64,000 nt of DNA from Candidatus Moraniibacteriota bacterium. Lineage in GTDB: Bacteria > Patescibacteriota > Minisyncoccia > Moranbacterales > GCA-2747515. Where the stretch lies: positions 449,734-513,733 of the forward strand of contig CP175956.1 of NCBI GenBank assembly GCA_046116545.1, written 5' to 3'. The notes under the pieces are model-generated. The model did not search any database and had not been told where the DNA came from. It was given only the letters and a program-made list of their open reading frames with translations. Both the position numbers and the translations under genes were made by a program. Below are positions 1 through 9,830 of the stretch, piece by piece. Within the stretch, counting starts at the first letter, position 1, and each line of letters begins with the position of its first letter.

Positions 1-1942
1 CGGCTTTTCTAGTTGCTTGATTACTTTCACTTTTTTCTATTAGATTTTTTGACATATTATCAAAAAATCTTGATGGCATATTTGCCTGAAGGGAGCCAAA
101 TAATAATCTCTGCCGAGCATGCACAAAAAATACTCTTTCTTTTGCTCTTGTAATTCCAACATACGCGAGCCTCCTTTCTTCTTCCATTTCAGCATTATCA
201 ACCATCGCTCTATTATGTGGTATCAATCCTTCTTCAAGTCCTATCATGAACACAACTGGAAACTCGAGTCCTTTGGCGCTATGCATTGTCATGAGATGCA
301 CCATATCAGTATCTTGATTTATTTTATCAGTATCACTTGCAAGAGCTACCTCTTCTATAAATTTTTGTAATGCATTATCTATTTCATCATATTTAGTTGC
401 TACCGATAACAACTCTTGTACATTTTCATGTCTTGCTTCACCTTCTATTGTCCCATCTAATAATGATTTTTTAAATCCACTGTCTTCATATAAATGTACT
501 ATCAAATCTGTTAACGTATTTTTCTTTGCAAATTTACCAGAGTCTATTATAAACTTACAAAAATCATTTATTATTTTTTGCTTACTTTTAGCAGTTACAA
601 ACTTTAATAATTGATCACTAACACCAAATTCAATAGCACCTAGCCCTGTCTCACGAGCCCCGTCAAACCACTGAGCAAAAGTCTTACCTCCTATACCTCT
701 ACGTGGACTTGCCACAGCTCTTTCAAGTGAAATACTATTGGCATTATTTGAAATTAACTTTAAATACGACATTATATCCTTTACTTCTTTACGTTCATAA
801 AATTTTATACCTCCTACAATTCTATAGCTGATACTATTTTTCAAAAAATATTCCTCTATTATACGAGATTGTGCATTTGTCCTATAAAGCACTACAAAAT
901 CCTTACCCGCATACCCGTCCTCCATAAGTTCTTGAATTTTTTGTACAACATGCATAGCCTCTTCCCTTTCATCATGTGCTTCAAAAATGCTTAATTTATC
1001 TCCACTGCCTGCGCTTGTCCATATTTTTTTATCACTTCTATCACTATTGTCATCAATTACAGTAAAAGCTGTATCTAAAATATTTTGAGTTGATCGATAA
1101 TTCTGTTCTAATTTAATAGTTTTTGCATTTGGAAAATCCTTCTCAAAATTTAAAATATTACCAACATCTGCACCTCTCCACTTATAAATAGATTGCCAAT
1201 CATCACCCACAACAAACAAATTATTATGCTTCTGAGTTAACAGTTTTATAAATGTATATTGTGCATGATTTGTATCTTGATACTCATCTACTAATATAAA
1301 TTTGTATTTATCTTGATATTTTTTTAAAACTTTTGGATGTTCTTTAAAAAGAGCAATTGTTAATCGTATTAGGTCATCAAAATCTAAGCTATGATTTTCC
1401 CTTAATGTTCTTTGATAGATATCATATACGCGTGCAATTTGTTCTTCATGAAAGCTACCCACCTGTGATGTAAACTCATCTGATGACATTAAATTGTTCT
1501 TTGCTCTTGAAATATTTTCAATAATAGCTCTTGGAGCAAATTGCTGTTTTGATAATTCTAATTCTTTTGCTATTTTTTTTATAAGAACTAATTGATCATG
1601 CGTATCTAATATAGTAAAGTTTTTTTCATATCCTAAGTGTTGTATGTCTTCCCTGAGAAATCTCACACAAACACTGTGAAATGTGCCTATCGTTGGATTT
1701 ATATATCTAGAATCAATCAACTCTGATACTCTTGCACGCATTTCAGCCGCAGCTTTATTTGTAAATGTTACTGCTAAAATATTATTTGGTGAAACAGCTC
1801 TTTCTCGTATTAAATAAGCAATCCTGCGAGTTAATGCTGTTGTTTTTCCTGAGCCAGCACCAGCACTCACTAAAAAAGGTCCTTCGAATGCCTGTACGGC
1901 TTCTTTTTGTGGTTTATTTAAACCTTCTAATAATTTTTTCAT
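1..1942 (-). CDS. UvrD/PcrA/Rep-family ATP-dependent DNA helicase; partial, the C-terminus runs off the window start
   Basis: Minus-strand translation from the ATG at 1942 gives MKKLLEGLNKPQKEAVQAFEGPFLVSAGAGSGKTTALT (Walker A) and further helicase motifs (VDEYQDTN, LEQNYRS). There is no in-frame stop before position 1, which is why it is absent from the ORF track. The 119..370(+) ORF is spurious. Confidence 0.85.
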   Translation of the reverse strand, partial: MKKLLEGLNKPQKEAVQAFEGPFLVSAGAGSGKTTALTRRIAYLIRERAVSPNNILAVTFTNKAAAEMRARVSELIDSRYINPTIGTFHSVCVRFLREDIQHLGYEKNFTILDTHDQLVLIKKIAKELELSKQQFAPRAIIENISRAKNNLMSSDEFTSQVGSFHEEQIARVYDIYQRTLRENHSLDFDDLIRLTIALFKEHPKVLKKYQDKYKFILVDEYQDTNHAQYTFIKLLTQKHNNLFVVGDDWQSIYKWRGADVGNILNFEKDFPNAKTIKLEQNYRSTQNILDTAFTVIDDNSDRSDKKIWTSAGSGDKLSIFEAHDEREEAMHVVQKIQELMEDGYAGKDFVVLYRTNAQSRIIEEYFLKNSISYRIVGGIKFYERKEVKDIMSYLKLISNNANSISLERAVASPRRGIGGKTFAQWFDGARETGLGAIEFGVSDQLLKFVTAKSKQKIINDFCKFIIDSGKFAKKNTLTDLIVHLYEDSGFKKSLLDGTIEGEARHENVQELLSVATKYDEIDNALQKFIEEVALASDTDKINQDTDMVHLMTMHSAKGLEFPVVFMIGLEEGLIPHNRAMVDNAEMEEERRLAYVGITRAKERVFFVHARQRLLFGSLQANMPSRFFDNMSKNLIEKSESNQATRKA

Positions 1943-2000
1943 ATTTAATAATTGTAACACACATTGCGCTTAAACCAATCGAGGTATATAGTATGTATAA

Positions 2001-3668
2001 TTGATATACAAGCTAACCTATACCTTTATGAAAATACAAAATTTACAAAATTTTTTTTCAAAAACATTTACTAATGATGTTTCTCTTTATACAATTGCTA
2101 CCACATTTTTAATGTTAATTCTTGTGAGATTAAGTGTTGAAAATTGGATTATGGGATTTGCAACTCAAAAACCAATCTTTTATTTATATGAATTTTTACA
2201 TACATTTCTATTTTTTTATATCTTATTTATTGTATGTGTCTTTTTGTCTGTAGTAATCGCAAAGATTTCCATACGCACAAGTATTACAATATTCCTACTT
2301 GGTTTTTTGTTAATAATAATTCCACCTATCATAGATTCGATTATATCTACACTATATTTTGATGGTATTCACTTTAAAAGTTATTATTTATTTGATTCTA
2401 TACAAGGTCTTTCTCAAAGTTTTATTACTTTTTTTGGTGATAAACCTCGTGATGGTATTACCTACGGCACTAGAGTAATGATATTTTTATCATTATTATT
2501 ACTTACTTTTATAACCTATGTAAATACAAAAAAAATCTATCTATCTATCTTAATGCTAATTATTGCTTATACACTTTTCTTCCTTCTTAGCTCAATGCCT
2601 TCACTCATAACATTTATGACTGTACCAGAACACTTAACTGCAACTCGAGCTGATGTTGCTGGATTAATCGCATCACCTACAACGATTTTTGGAAATCAAA
2701 TAACAAATTTACTTAGTGCAATAAATATAAAAATGTCACTTGTCTATCTATTACTCAGTATACTAATAACTATTACAATTTTATTTTTTACTTACAAAAA
2801 AACTACCATTTCTCTTGTAAAAAATATACGCCCTATTCAAACACTTTACCATTTAGGATTATTATTAATTGGAATTGGTCTTGCAATTATTTTTGCAGAT
2901 TCTGTTTTATATTATTCTTTTTTTAATCTCCTTGCATTTGTACTATTATGTATCGCAATTATTTTTGCTTGGTATAGTACCGTGATTTTCAATGATTGCG
3001 TTGACCAAAAAATTGATGCCATAAGTAATCAAAATAGACCTCTTATACAAAAAACTATTGCTCTCAGCGATTACAAAAAAATAGGTCTAATATTAATGTT
3101 TTTATCAATTATAATGATTGCCGCAATCAATCCTTATGCCTCATTATTAATAATTGCTTATCATGCATTATCCTATCTATATAACATGCCACCACTTAGG
3201 TTAAAAAGGTTTCCTATTATAGCAACGCTTCTTGCTGCTATTGCATCATTTTTTATAGTCGCAGTTGGCTTTGTAACAGTATCTCCAGAACATTCACTAA
3301 CAGGCTTTCCTCCTTATATTGCTATACTATTAATTATTTCTTATACTATTTCACTTCCTATAAAAGACCTTAAAGACATTGCTGGTGATAAAGCTAATAA
3401 TGTTTATACTCTACCCGTCTTATTTGGAGAAAAAACTGGTCGCACTATAATTGGTATGAGTATATTCTTTTCTTTCATGCTTAGTATTTTTACCCTTGGC
3501 ACAAAATCTATTCTACTGCCAGCTATTTTATCTGGAGCATTATGTTTTTGGACACTAGTTGGTCAAAAAAACAATAAATTTATATTTACACCAAAACAAA
3601 CACTATCACTAGTGTTTGTTATAGTATCTATTTATGGGATGATTCTAGTCTTTACTTTATTTGGTTAA
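2001..3668 (+). CDS. Polytopic membrane protein with a C-terminal UbiA-family prenyltransferase domain
   Basis: N-terminal half of about 330 aa is multi-TM and uncharacterised. The C-terminal half has the UbiA motif NDCVDQKIDAISNQNRPL (NDxxDxxxD) followed by YNMPPLRLKR and more TM helices. Confidence 0.6.
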   Translation: MIYKLTYTFMKIQNLQNFFSKTFTNDVSLYTIATTFLMLILVRLSVENWIMGFATQKPIFYLYEFLHTFLFFYILFIVCVFLSVVIAKISIRTSITIFLLGFLLIIIPPIIDSIISTLYFDGIHFKSYYLFDSIQGLSQSFITFFGDKPRDGITYGTRVMIFLSLLLLTFITYVNTKKIYLSILMLIIAYTLFFLLSSMPSLITFMTVPEHLTATRADVAGLIASPTTIFGNQITNLLSAINIKMSLVYLLLSILITITILFFTYKKTTISLVKNIRPIQTLYHLGLLLIGIGLAIIFADSVLYYSFFNLLAFVLLCIAIIFAWYSTVIFNDCVDQKIDAISNQNRPLIQKTIALSDYKKIGLILMFLSIIMIAAINPYASLLIIAYHALSYLYNMPPLRLKRFPIIATLLAAIASFFIVAVGFVTVSPEHSLTGFPPYIAILLIISYTISLPIKDLKDIAGDKANNVYTLPVLFGEKTGRTIIGMSIFFSFMLSIFTLGTKSILLPAILSGALCFWTLVGQKNNKFIFTPKQTLSLVFVIVSIYGMILVFTLFG

Positions 3669-4464
3669 ACTCCTGCTTTGCTAAAGACTGCCAATCTTCA
3701 ATAGCCAATTCCTGAGCCCGTATATTTTTATCAAATCCTAAATCAAATAATATATTTTCTACATCTTTCTTATCAAGATGAAATCCATTTGCTAAATTAT
3801 TTATAAGTGTTTTTCTTTTTGCACTAAACCCGATTTTTACAACTCTAAAAAATTCTTTTATTTCATCATCTGCTAATCTATTATTTTTAATTGTCAATTT
3901 AATAATTGCACTATCAACTTTTGGTACTGGATCAAAATCTTCTCTCGAAACTGTAAATAAATACTCAACATTTGCATAGTATTGTGCTGATACAGCCAAT
4001 AGACTCATTCCACCAGGATTTGCTGATAAGCGTTCTGCTACTTCTTTTTGTACCATAAGTATAATTTCACTTGGCTGATTTTTTGATTCCAAAAATAATC
4101 TAATTATAGGCGCTGTAATGTAATATGGTATATTTGCAATTACTTTATATGTCTTATGTTTTAGTTCTTGTGTTTTTGAAAATTCTTCTATATTTAATTT
4201 AAGAATATCATCATGAATAATTTTTATATTATCAACACTTTCAAATTCACTTTCTAAAACAGGTATTAATCTATCATCAAGTTCAATTGCAATAACCTTG
4301 CCTGCTTTTTTTGATAATGCCCTTGTCAAAATTCCTTGACCTGGACCAATCTCCAAAATAATATCCTCATTTGTAATATCTGAACTGTTAACAATGTCAC
4401 TAATCACACTATCATTTTTCAAGAAATTTTGTCCCAATGATTTCTTATGTTTAAATTTTTTCAT
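3652..4464 (-). CDS. rsmA: 16S rRNA (adenine1518/1519-N6)-dimethyltransferase RsmA/KsgA
   Basis: SLGQNFLKNDSVISDIV and EIGPGQGILT motifs with length typical of KsgA. Confidence 0.9.
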   Translation of the reverse strand: MKKFKHKKSLGQNFLKNDSVISDIVNSSDITNEDIILEIGPGQGILTRALSKKAGKVIAIELDDRLIPVLESEFESVDNIKIIHDDILKLNIEEFSKTQELKHKTYKVIANIPYYITAPIIRLFLESKNQPSEIILMVQKEVAERLSANPGGMSLLAVSAQYYANVEYLFTVSREDFDPVPKVDSAIIKLTIKNNRLADDEIKEFFRVVKIGFSAKRKTLINNLANGFHLDKKDVENILFDLGFDKNIRAQELAIEDWQSLAKQEFNQIK

Positions 4465-4473
4465 AATTTTTCT

Positions 4474-4497
4474 GTCATTCCCGCGTAGGCAGGAGTC
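4474..4497. repeat. GC-rich palindromic element (GTCATTCCCGCGTAGGCAGGAGTC), family copy 1
   Basis: One of four related intergenic palindromes; the others are at 9781-9806 (inverted), 12398-12422 and 51785-51808. Confidence 0.6.
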
Positions 4498-4520
4498 TTA
4501 CTAATAAATATGGATGAGCT

Positions 4521-5003
4521 TTAGTACTTTATTTTATCACTTTTCTCTTCCCATTTTTTAAATACCTCAATTGCATCATTACGCATTAATTGTTCCATTG
4601 GCAACTTTCTGTTCTCCTTAGTTAATTCTAATTCCTCATAAATAAATTCATCATCAAATTCAATATTGGCTGCATCTTCTTTTGTATTAGCATAGTATAC
4701 TCTTTCAAACCTAGACCAATATACAGCACCTAAACACATCGGACATGGCTCGCAGCTAGTGTATAGTATACAATCTGATAAATCAAATGTACTCAATGTT
4801 TTACATGCATTACGAATTGCAACAATTTCTGCATGCATTGTAGGATCATTTTGTGATGTGACCTCATTATTACCTTTTGCAATAATTTCATTATTTTTCA
4901 CAACTACAGCTCCGAATGGACCACCATCATCATTTTGCATTCCTTTTAATGATAACTTTATTGCTTCTTTCATGAAATATTCATGATTCTTATTTTTTTG
5001 CAT
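4521..5003 (-). CDS. CMP/dCMP-type (CDA-fold) zinc deaminase, TadA/guanine-deaminase-like
   Basis: HAE ... CEPCPMC zinc-binding signature (HAEIVAIRNA ... YTSCEPCPMCLGAVYWS) in a 160-aa protein. Confidence 0.7.
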   Translation of the reverse strand: MQKNKNHEYFMKEAIKLSLKGMQNDDGGPFGAVVVKNNEIIAKGNNEVTSQNDPTMHAEIVAIRNACKTLSTFDLSDCILYTSCEPCPMCLGAVYWSRFERVYYANTKEDAANIEFDDEFIYEELELTKENRKLPMEQLMRNDAIEVFKKWEEKSDKIKY

Positions 5004-5101
5004 ATATTATATAAAAATATTATTTCTTCTATGTATCATAACCAGAAATCTGTAAAACTGCAAAAAACATGTTAAACTGTGAGTATTGCATTAAATAAAA
5101 A

Positions 5102-5701
5102 ATGATGAAAAATAAACAGAATATTTCTCATAGAGAATTACTATCCCATGAAACAAAGCGTCATTCTCTTATTAAATTTTCACTTATACTATTCCTATTT
5201 ATAAGTTATTTTCTTTTTATAGCACTAAAATATGGAATGGAACAGGGCTTTCTTGTAGCTGCTCTAACTTGGTCATTTTTTGTGCTTTGTACACCCATTG
5301 CTGATGCTGGATTTCTAATAGATTTTCCATTGCGACTAATTACAAATATACGCATGTTTATTTTAGAAATTTTTGTATGGCTTATTGCAATTATTCTTAA
5401 TATTTATATATACTTTACTTCACCTGAATTATATTCAACTACTACACTGCTGCAACTATTTAAACATATTTTAGATCAACCCATTCCTTTTTGGAGTATT
5501 ATACTTTTATCTCTTATAGGCACATTTGTGTCAATTGGTTTTGGTGATGAATTGATGGATAAAACAAATCATCATGAACGAAAAAAATACCATACGCATA
5601 AGTATAATTATCGCATGATTTTAATGGTTTTTCTCTTTATAATTACATTTATCATATATGATTTTCTACTGAAAGCCCTTAGTATAACTATCCCCTTATA
5701 A
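5102..5701 (+). CDS. Hypothetical integral membrane protein
   Basis: 199-aa ORF with several hydrophobic helices; no recognisable motif. Confidence 0.45.
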   Translation: MMKNKQNISHRELLSHETKRHSLIKFSLILFLFISYFLFIALKYGMEQGFLVAALTWSFFVLCTPIADAGFLIDFPLRLITNIRMFILEIFVWLIAIILNIYIYFTSPELYSTTTLLQLFKHILDQPIPFWSIILLSLIGTFVSIGFGDELMDKTNHHERKKYHTHKYNYRMILMVFLFIITFIIYDFLLKALSITIPL

Positions 5702-5797
5702 TCTACCTATTATACCAGGTTACTATATGATGAACTTGCATATTATTATATTTTTATTATACTAAAAACCACCCGTAACTTAAATAATCACATTTTT

Positions 5798-6430
5798 ATG
5801 AAAGCTATAATTTTTGATATGGATGGTGTACTAGTAAATACGCCCTACATTGCATGTGAAGTCACTAACACCCTATTACAAAATGAGGATATTACATTTA
5901 CTCAAAAAGAGTTTAAAAAATATCTTAAATTTGGAATTGAAGATAGAGTTAAAATTTGGAATAAGGAGTTTAATAAAAATATTGATATCCAATTATTTTT
6001 TAAATCATTTATTGATTTACAAGTACAAGTTTTAAAAAAAGATCCCAATAATAATACTAGAAAAGATATTTTGACTCAACTAAAAAATGACGGCCTAAAA
6101 CTAGGACTAGCTACAAAAGCAAAACGTGTAAAAGTTGATAAAGTATTAGCTGCACTAGATATACAAAATATTTTTGATTCTATAGAAACTGGTGATATTA
6201 CAAAAAATCACAAACCCCATCCAGAAGTATATTTAACTACTCTTAAAAATTTAAATATTACATCTCAAGATGCTATTGTAATTGAAGATTCTCCCCATGG
6301 AATCGTAGCTGCAAAAAAGGCTGGGCTCAAGGTTCTTGGCTATAAAACAAATGTATTTACCGATGAAGACTTAGCTGAGGCTGACGTCATCATAACTGAC
6401 TTATCTGAAATTTTTCAATATATTAATTAA
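5798..6430 (+). CDS. HAD-superfamily hydrolase, subfamily IA (beta-phosphoglucomutase-like)
   Basis: N-terminal MKAIIFDMDGVLVNT (DxDG), a central Lys motif, and C-terminal IEDSPHGIVAAKKAGL. Confidence 0.75.
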   Translation: MKAIIFDMDGVLVNTPYIACEVTNTLLQNEDITFTQKEFKKYLKFGIEDRVKIWNKEFNKNIDIQLFFKSFIDLQVQVLKKDPNNNTRKDILTQLKNDGLKLGLATKAKRVKVDKVLAALDIQNIFDSIETGDITKNHKPHPEVYLTTLKNLNITSQDAIVIEDSPHGIVAAKKAGLKVLGYKTNVFTDEDLAEADVIITDLSEIFQYIN

Positions 6431-7388
6431 CAATCTCTTCCATTTTTACATCTATCACACCCGCACCAATTGATGCTATTTTTGCAAATGCTACCTTATC
6501 TAGATCTATAATTCTACCTGGCACAAATGGACCTCTATCATTTATTTGGACAATTACAGACTTCCCATTTGCTTTGTTAGTTACTTTTACATATGAACCT
6601 TTTGGTAACCATGGATTTGCTGCACTCATTGTGCCAGTATATGCATACCATGAACATGCTCCTGTATGTTTTTTGCCAAGCTTCACCTTTGTTCCTTGTA
6701 TTGTGACTTCATCAACTGCTTCTTTTACAATTTTTTCCTCTACCAGTTCCCTATCTACTTCTTTACCATCGTGATAAGCAATTTTATAAATAGTTTCTTT
6801 TTTACCATTTTCACCTTTTTGATCTACATATTTTTTCAAAAAATTTACATCTTCATCCTCTTTTAAAACTGTTTCAAATGGAATCTTTTCTGTAACAGAC
6901 TCCTCTTTAAATTCAACCCGAGTTATCTCTGCATTAATATCTGTATTTATAATAGTATCTACATGTGGCATAACAATATCATTTTCATCTAATTCTACAC
7001 TATTCCTCGCCAAAACATTATTTATACTATCTCCAAAAGTTTTAAACTCTTTTGCCTCACCATCAACACCAACTATTAATTTTTTACTTCTATTTATATT
7101 AATAACATCTCCAGCAAAAACCTTTTCATCTCTATCGGGAAATACTCTATCATTATCAGATAACTTTTCATTGTATGTATTCAATGCCCCTGCAACATCC
7201 ACAGATTGCACATTATATAAATAAGAAGTTTTGCCGTCATCAATGATTTTTACAACTTCAATACTAGTCCCTTGAATAAATTCAGGGGATTTTTCTTTAA
7301 AAATAAAGAATCCACCAATTAAAAACCCCATTATCAATACGATGAAAATATATTTTCTTCTCCTTTTACGCTTAACTCTTTTGTGCAT
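6423..7388 (-). CDS. Membrane-anchored RlpA-like (DPBB-domain) cell-wall protein
   Basis: Basic N-terminus plus one TM helix; C-terminus GACSWYAYTGTMSAANPWLPKGSYVKVTN...VIVQINDRGPFVPGRIIDLDKVAFAKIA resembles the RlpA double-psi beta-barrel. Confidence 0.7.
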   Translation of the reverse strand: MHKRVKRKRRRKYIFIVLIMGFLIGGFFIFKEKSPEFIQGTSIEVVKIIDDGKTSYLYNVQSVDVAGALNTYNEKLSDNDRVFPDRDEKVFAGDVININRSKKLIVGVDGEAKEFKTFGDSINNVLARNSVELDENDIVMPHVDTIINTDINAEITRVEFKEESVTEKIPFETVLKEDEDVNFLKKYVDQKGENGKKETIYKIAYHDGKEVDRELVEEKIVKEAVDEVTIQGTKVKLGKKHTGACSWYAYTGTMSAANPWLPKGSYVKVTNKANGKSVIVQINDRGPFVPGRIIDLDKVAFAKIASIGAGVIDVKMEEIVN

Positions 7389-7489
7389 CTTTTAATAGCT
7401 ATTTCAAAAACTTCGTATACACATTATAAATGATTCTGTGTCTTTGGTCGATACCCTATCAATAAATATGAAATGTGTAAAAGTCCTTC

Positions 7490-8911
7490 TTAATTACTGC
7501 ATAGTATTTTTTCTTTCAATTTCCAAAGATCTGTCTTGTAAATCTCAATTGGAAAAAATTTATAAAAACTATTTTCCTTAATTTGAGCCATTTTTAACAT
7601 TGCATGTTGCGGAATACTACCCGTTGTTTCACTTAAAATATATGACTTTAAATCTTGTATTTGAACTTCAACAACAAAGTCTCTTGGATTATTTTTAAAG
7701 AATTTTATTCGATCATTTAGCATTTTGTATGCGGTAGTATTTTTATCAACAAACTTTATTGTTTCTCTCACCTTTTTTATTGAAGGATGTGATAATGCAA
7801 CATCATATATAGCCTTCCAAACAAAATATTCACCCGTTGACTGCTCACTTAATTTTCTTTTTCCAGTTTTATCTACAATATTTTTTTCTCGTTTTCTTGT
7901 TGAACTTCCTCCCAAAAATATTTCCAACTCATCAATTACCTTTGCTATATCATTTATATCTGGCACAATAATTTTCAACCCAATTATATCATGTACTTGA
8001 TTTGGAAATTCTAAATTTTTTCTAATCATTTTTTCAACTACTGATGTAAGCTTTATTTCACCGCCTATTTTAAATTTATTTCTAATTTCAAAATGTAAAA
8101 TTTTATTATTTTGCTTTGTTAAGAATGGCGTTGTTTTAAACACTTGCATATCATACACTTTTGAGGCTAGTTTTTTGCGCATATCAGAAGCTTTTTCATA
8201 TTCAATCTTTGCTAATTTTTTATCATTTAAATAGTGACTTTTGTAAGTGTGATCTGCCCAGAAAAAATAATCGTCTGCCGCTAGACTTTCTGCGAATAGA
8301 TTGTCTTTAAAAACTGTTTCAATTTGAGATGTAGCAAAATCTAAATCCTCAAATGAAAAAGACCTCTTAATTCTTGCCATCAAAATTATCAATCCAATTC
8401 TCCTAAGAATTGCAAATTTTATTCTTGTCTCTATTGTGTTTTTATACAAATTATGTAAGTCACAAATGTCATGACAATTTTGCAATTCTTTCTTTTCTCT
8501 TAAAATTTTGATAACTTTTTCTGGAAACTTAGCTTTTAGTAATAACTCTTCCGTCAATGCAGCAGCTATTCTAGAATATTTTTCAAATATTTTTTTATTA
8601 TCTTTATATTGTTTGTGAGACCCGACAGAATTAAATTTAATATTTAAATAATCATTAAATTTTTTTTCAACATCATCACTAGAATACTTTTTATCAACAA
8701 TCTTCAAAAAAGTTATGCCCTCAGTAAAATTATCAATTATGTCAGGGTCAAAGTGACAATACTTTCTCTTAAATTCCTTGATGCTACTATTTGACGGGAG
8801 CTCCAAATATAACGTATCAATTAATAATAAAGTACCCAAATCATCTCCTTTTAATTTAGGGTTTGTTTGTATATATTGACAAATTTTTTCATTAAAATTA
8901 TGTGCTTTCAT
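7490..8911 (-). CDS. Protein with a C-terminal RelA/SpoT-like (alarmone synthetase fold) nucleotidyltransferase domain and an uncharacterised N-terminal half
   Basis: C-terminal region KMIRKNLEFPNQVHDIIGLKIIVPDINDIAKV ... VVEVQIQDLKSY ... HAMLK resembles the RSH synthetase core (D.iG.Rii ... EiQIRT ... H..YK). No HD hydrolase motif is present and the N-terminal 270 aa are unrecognised. Confidence 0.45.
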   Translation of the reverse strand: MKAHNFNEKICQYIQTNPKLKGDDLGTLLLIDTLYLELPSNSSIKEFKRKYCHFDPDIIDNFTEGITFLKIVDKKYSSDDVEKKFNDYLNIKFNSVGSHKQYKDNKKIFEKYSRIAAALTEELLLKAKFPEKVIKILREKKELQNCHDICDLHNLYKNTIETRIKFAILRRIGLIILMARIKRSFSFEDLDFATSQIETVFKDNLFAESLAADDYFFWADHTYKSHYLNDKKLAKIEYEKASDMRKKLASKVYDMQVFKTTPFLTKQNNKILHFEIRNKFKIGGEIKLTSVVEKMIRKNLEFPNQVHDIIGLKIIVPDINDIAKVIDELEIFLGGSSTRKREKNIVDKTGKRKLSEQSTGEYFVWKAIYDVALSHPSIKKVRETIKFVDKNTTAYKMLNDRIKFFKNNPRDFVVEVQIQDLKSYILSETTGSIPQHAMLKMAQIKENSFYKFFPIEIYKTDLWKLKEKILCSN

Positions 8912-9034
8912 ATATTTATACTTAAAAAATGACCACTGATAAAATCAATGCCTAAAGAATACTATAATATTTAAAGTATCGCAATATATTTGTAAATATA
9001 AATTGTGCAAATTTTATTCAAAATTATTAGACTT

Positions 9035-9700
9035 CTACCATTTAATTATCTTTTCTCCCTTTCTTTTCAAATAAGTATTACTACTAGAAAAATGGTTACA
9101 ACCAAAAAATCCATTGTATGCTGAAAATGGCGATGGGTGTGCTGATTCTAATACTAAGTGTTTTTTTCTATCTATTATCTGACCTTTTTGTTTTGCATAA
9201 TTGCCCCATAGTAGGAATACTACACCATCTTTTTGTTCTGAAATTTGTTTTATGACTTCATCTGTAAATTCTTCCCAACCTTTTTTTGCATGACTACCTG
9301 GTTTTGCTTTTTCTACAGTTAATACTGAATTAAGTAAAAATACACCTTGATTTGCCCATTCTTCTAGATTTCCATTACTCATATTTTTTTTAATTCCAAG
9401 ATCTGACTCGATTTCTTTATAAATATTTTTAAGCGAAGGTGGTGGTGTAACTCCCTTCTGTACAGAAAAACAAAGTCCATGTGCTTGTCCAGGACCATGA
9501 TATGGATCTTGACCTAAAATAACAACTTTTACCTGCTCAAAAGGTGTTTTTTCAAATGCATTAAAAACATTTTTTGGTTTAGGGTAAATAGTTTTATTTA
9601 AAAATTCTTCTCTGACAAAATCACTCAACTCTTTAAATAAATCAGTTTCAAAATATTCCCCTAAAACTTTTTTCCAAGACTTCTCTATTTTTACTTCCAT
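9035..9700 (-). CDS. ung: Uracil-DNA glycosylase (family 1)
   Basis: VILGQDPYHGPGQAHGLCFSVQ and HPSPFSA motifs in a 221-aa protein. Confidence 0.9.
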   Translation of the reverse strand: MEVKIEKSWKKVLGEYFETDLFKELSDFVREEFLNKTIYPKPKNVFNAFEKTPFEQVKVVILGQDPYHGPGQAHGLCFSVQKGVTPPPSLKNIYKEIESDLGIKKNMSNGNLEEWANQGVFLLNSVLTVEKAKPGSHAKKGWEEFTDEVIKQISEQKDGVVFLLWGNYAKQKGQIIDRKKHLVLESAHPSPFSAYNGFFGCNHFSSSNTYLKRKGEKIIKW

Positions 9701-9780
9701 ATACTTTATTTAATGTTTATAGTTTACGGGATACTATATATTTATAATAATTTCAAAAATAATACTGCTTTTGGTATATC

Positions 9781-9806
9781 TCATCCTCGCGAAGGTGGGA
9801 ATGACA
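9781..9806. repeat. GC-rich palindromic element, family copy 2 (inverted, variant)
   Basis: tcatcctcgcgaaggtgggaatgaca. Confidence 0.5.
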
Positions 9807-9830
9807 ACATAATAACATATATACAACAAC

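Noticed and set aside
119-370. Numerous short ORFs on the strand opposite confident genes (for example 119..370, 4759..4986, 6574..6866, 19146..20470, 23168..23521, 26388..27014, 57047..59764 minus-strand set, 61810..62202)
   Set aside because: They overlap well-supported genes in antisense, have biased low-complexity composition typical of AT-rich antisense frames, and lack motifs.
4474-4497. GC-rich palindromes as Neisseria-type dRS3/Correia elements indicating foreign DNA
   Set aside because: Only the short ATTCCC-N8-GGGAAT core is shared. The context is an AT-rich, non-neisserial genome. The elements have no TIR or TSD structure and sit at gene 3' ends, so the similarity is most likely coincidental convergence of a stable hairpin.
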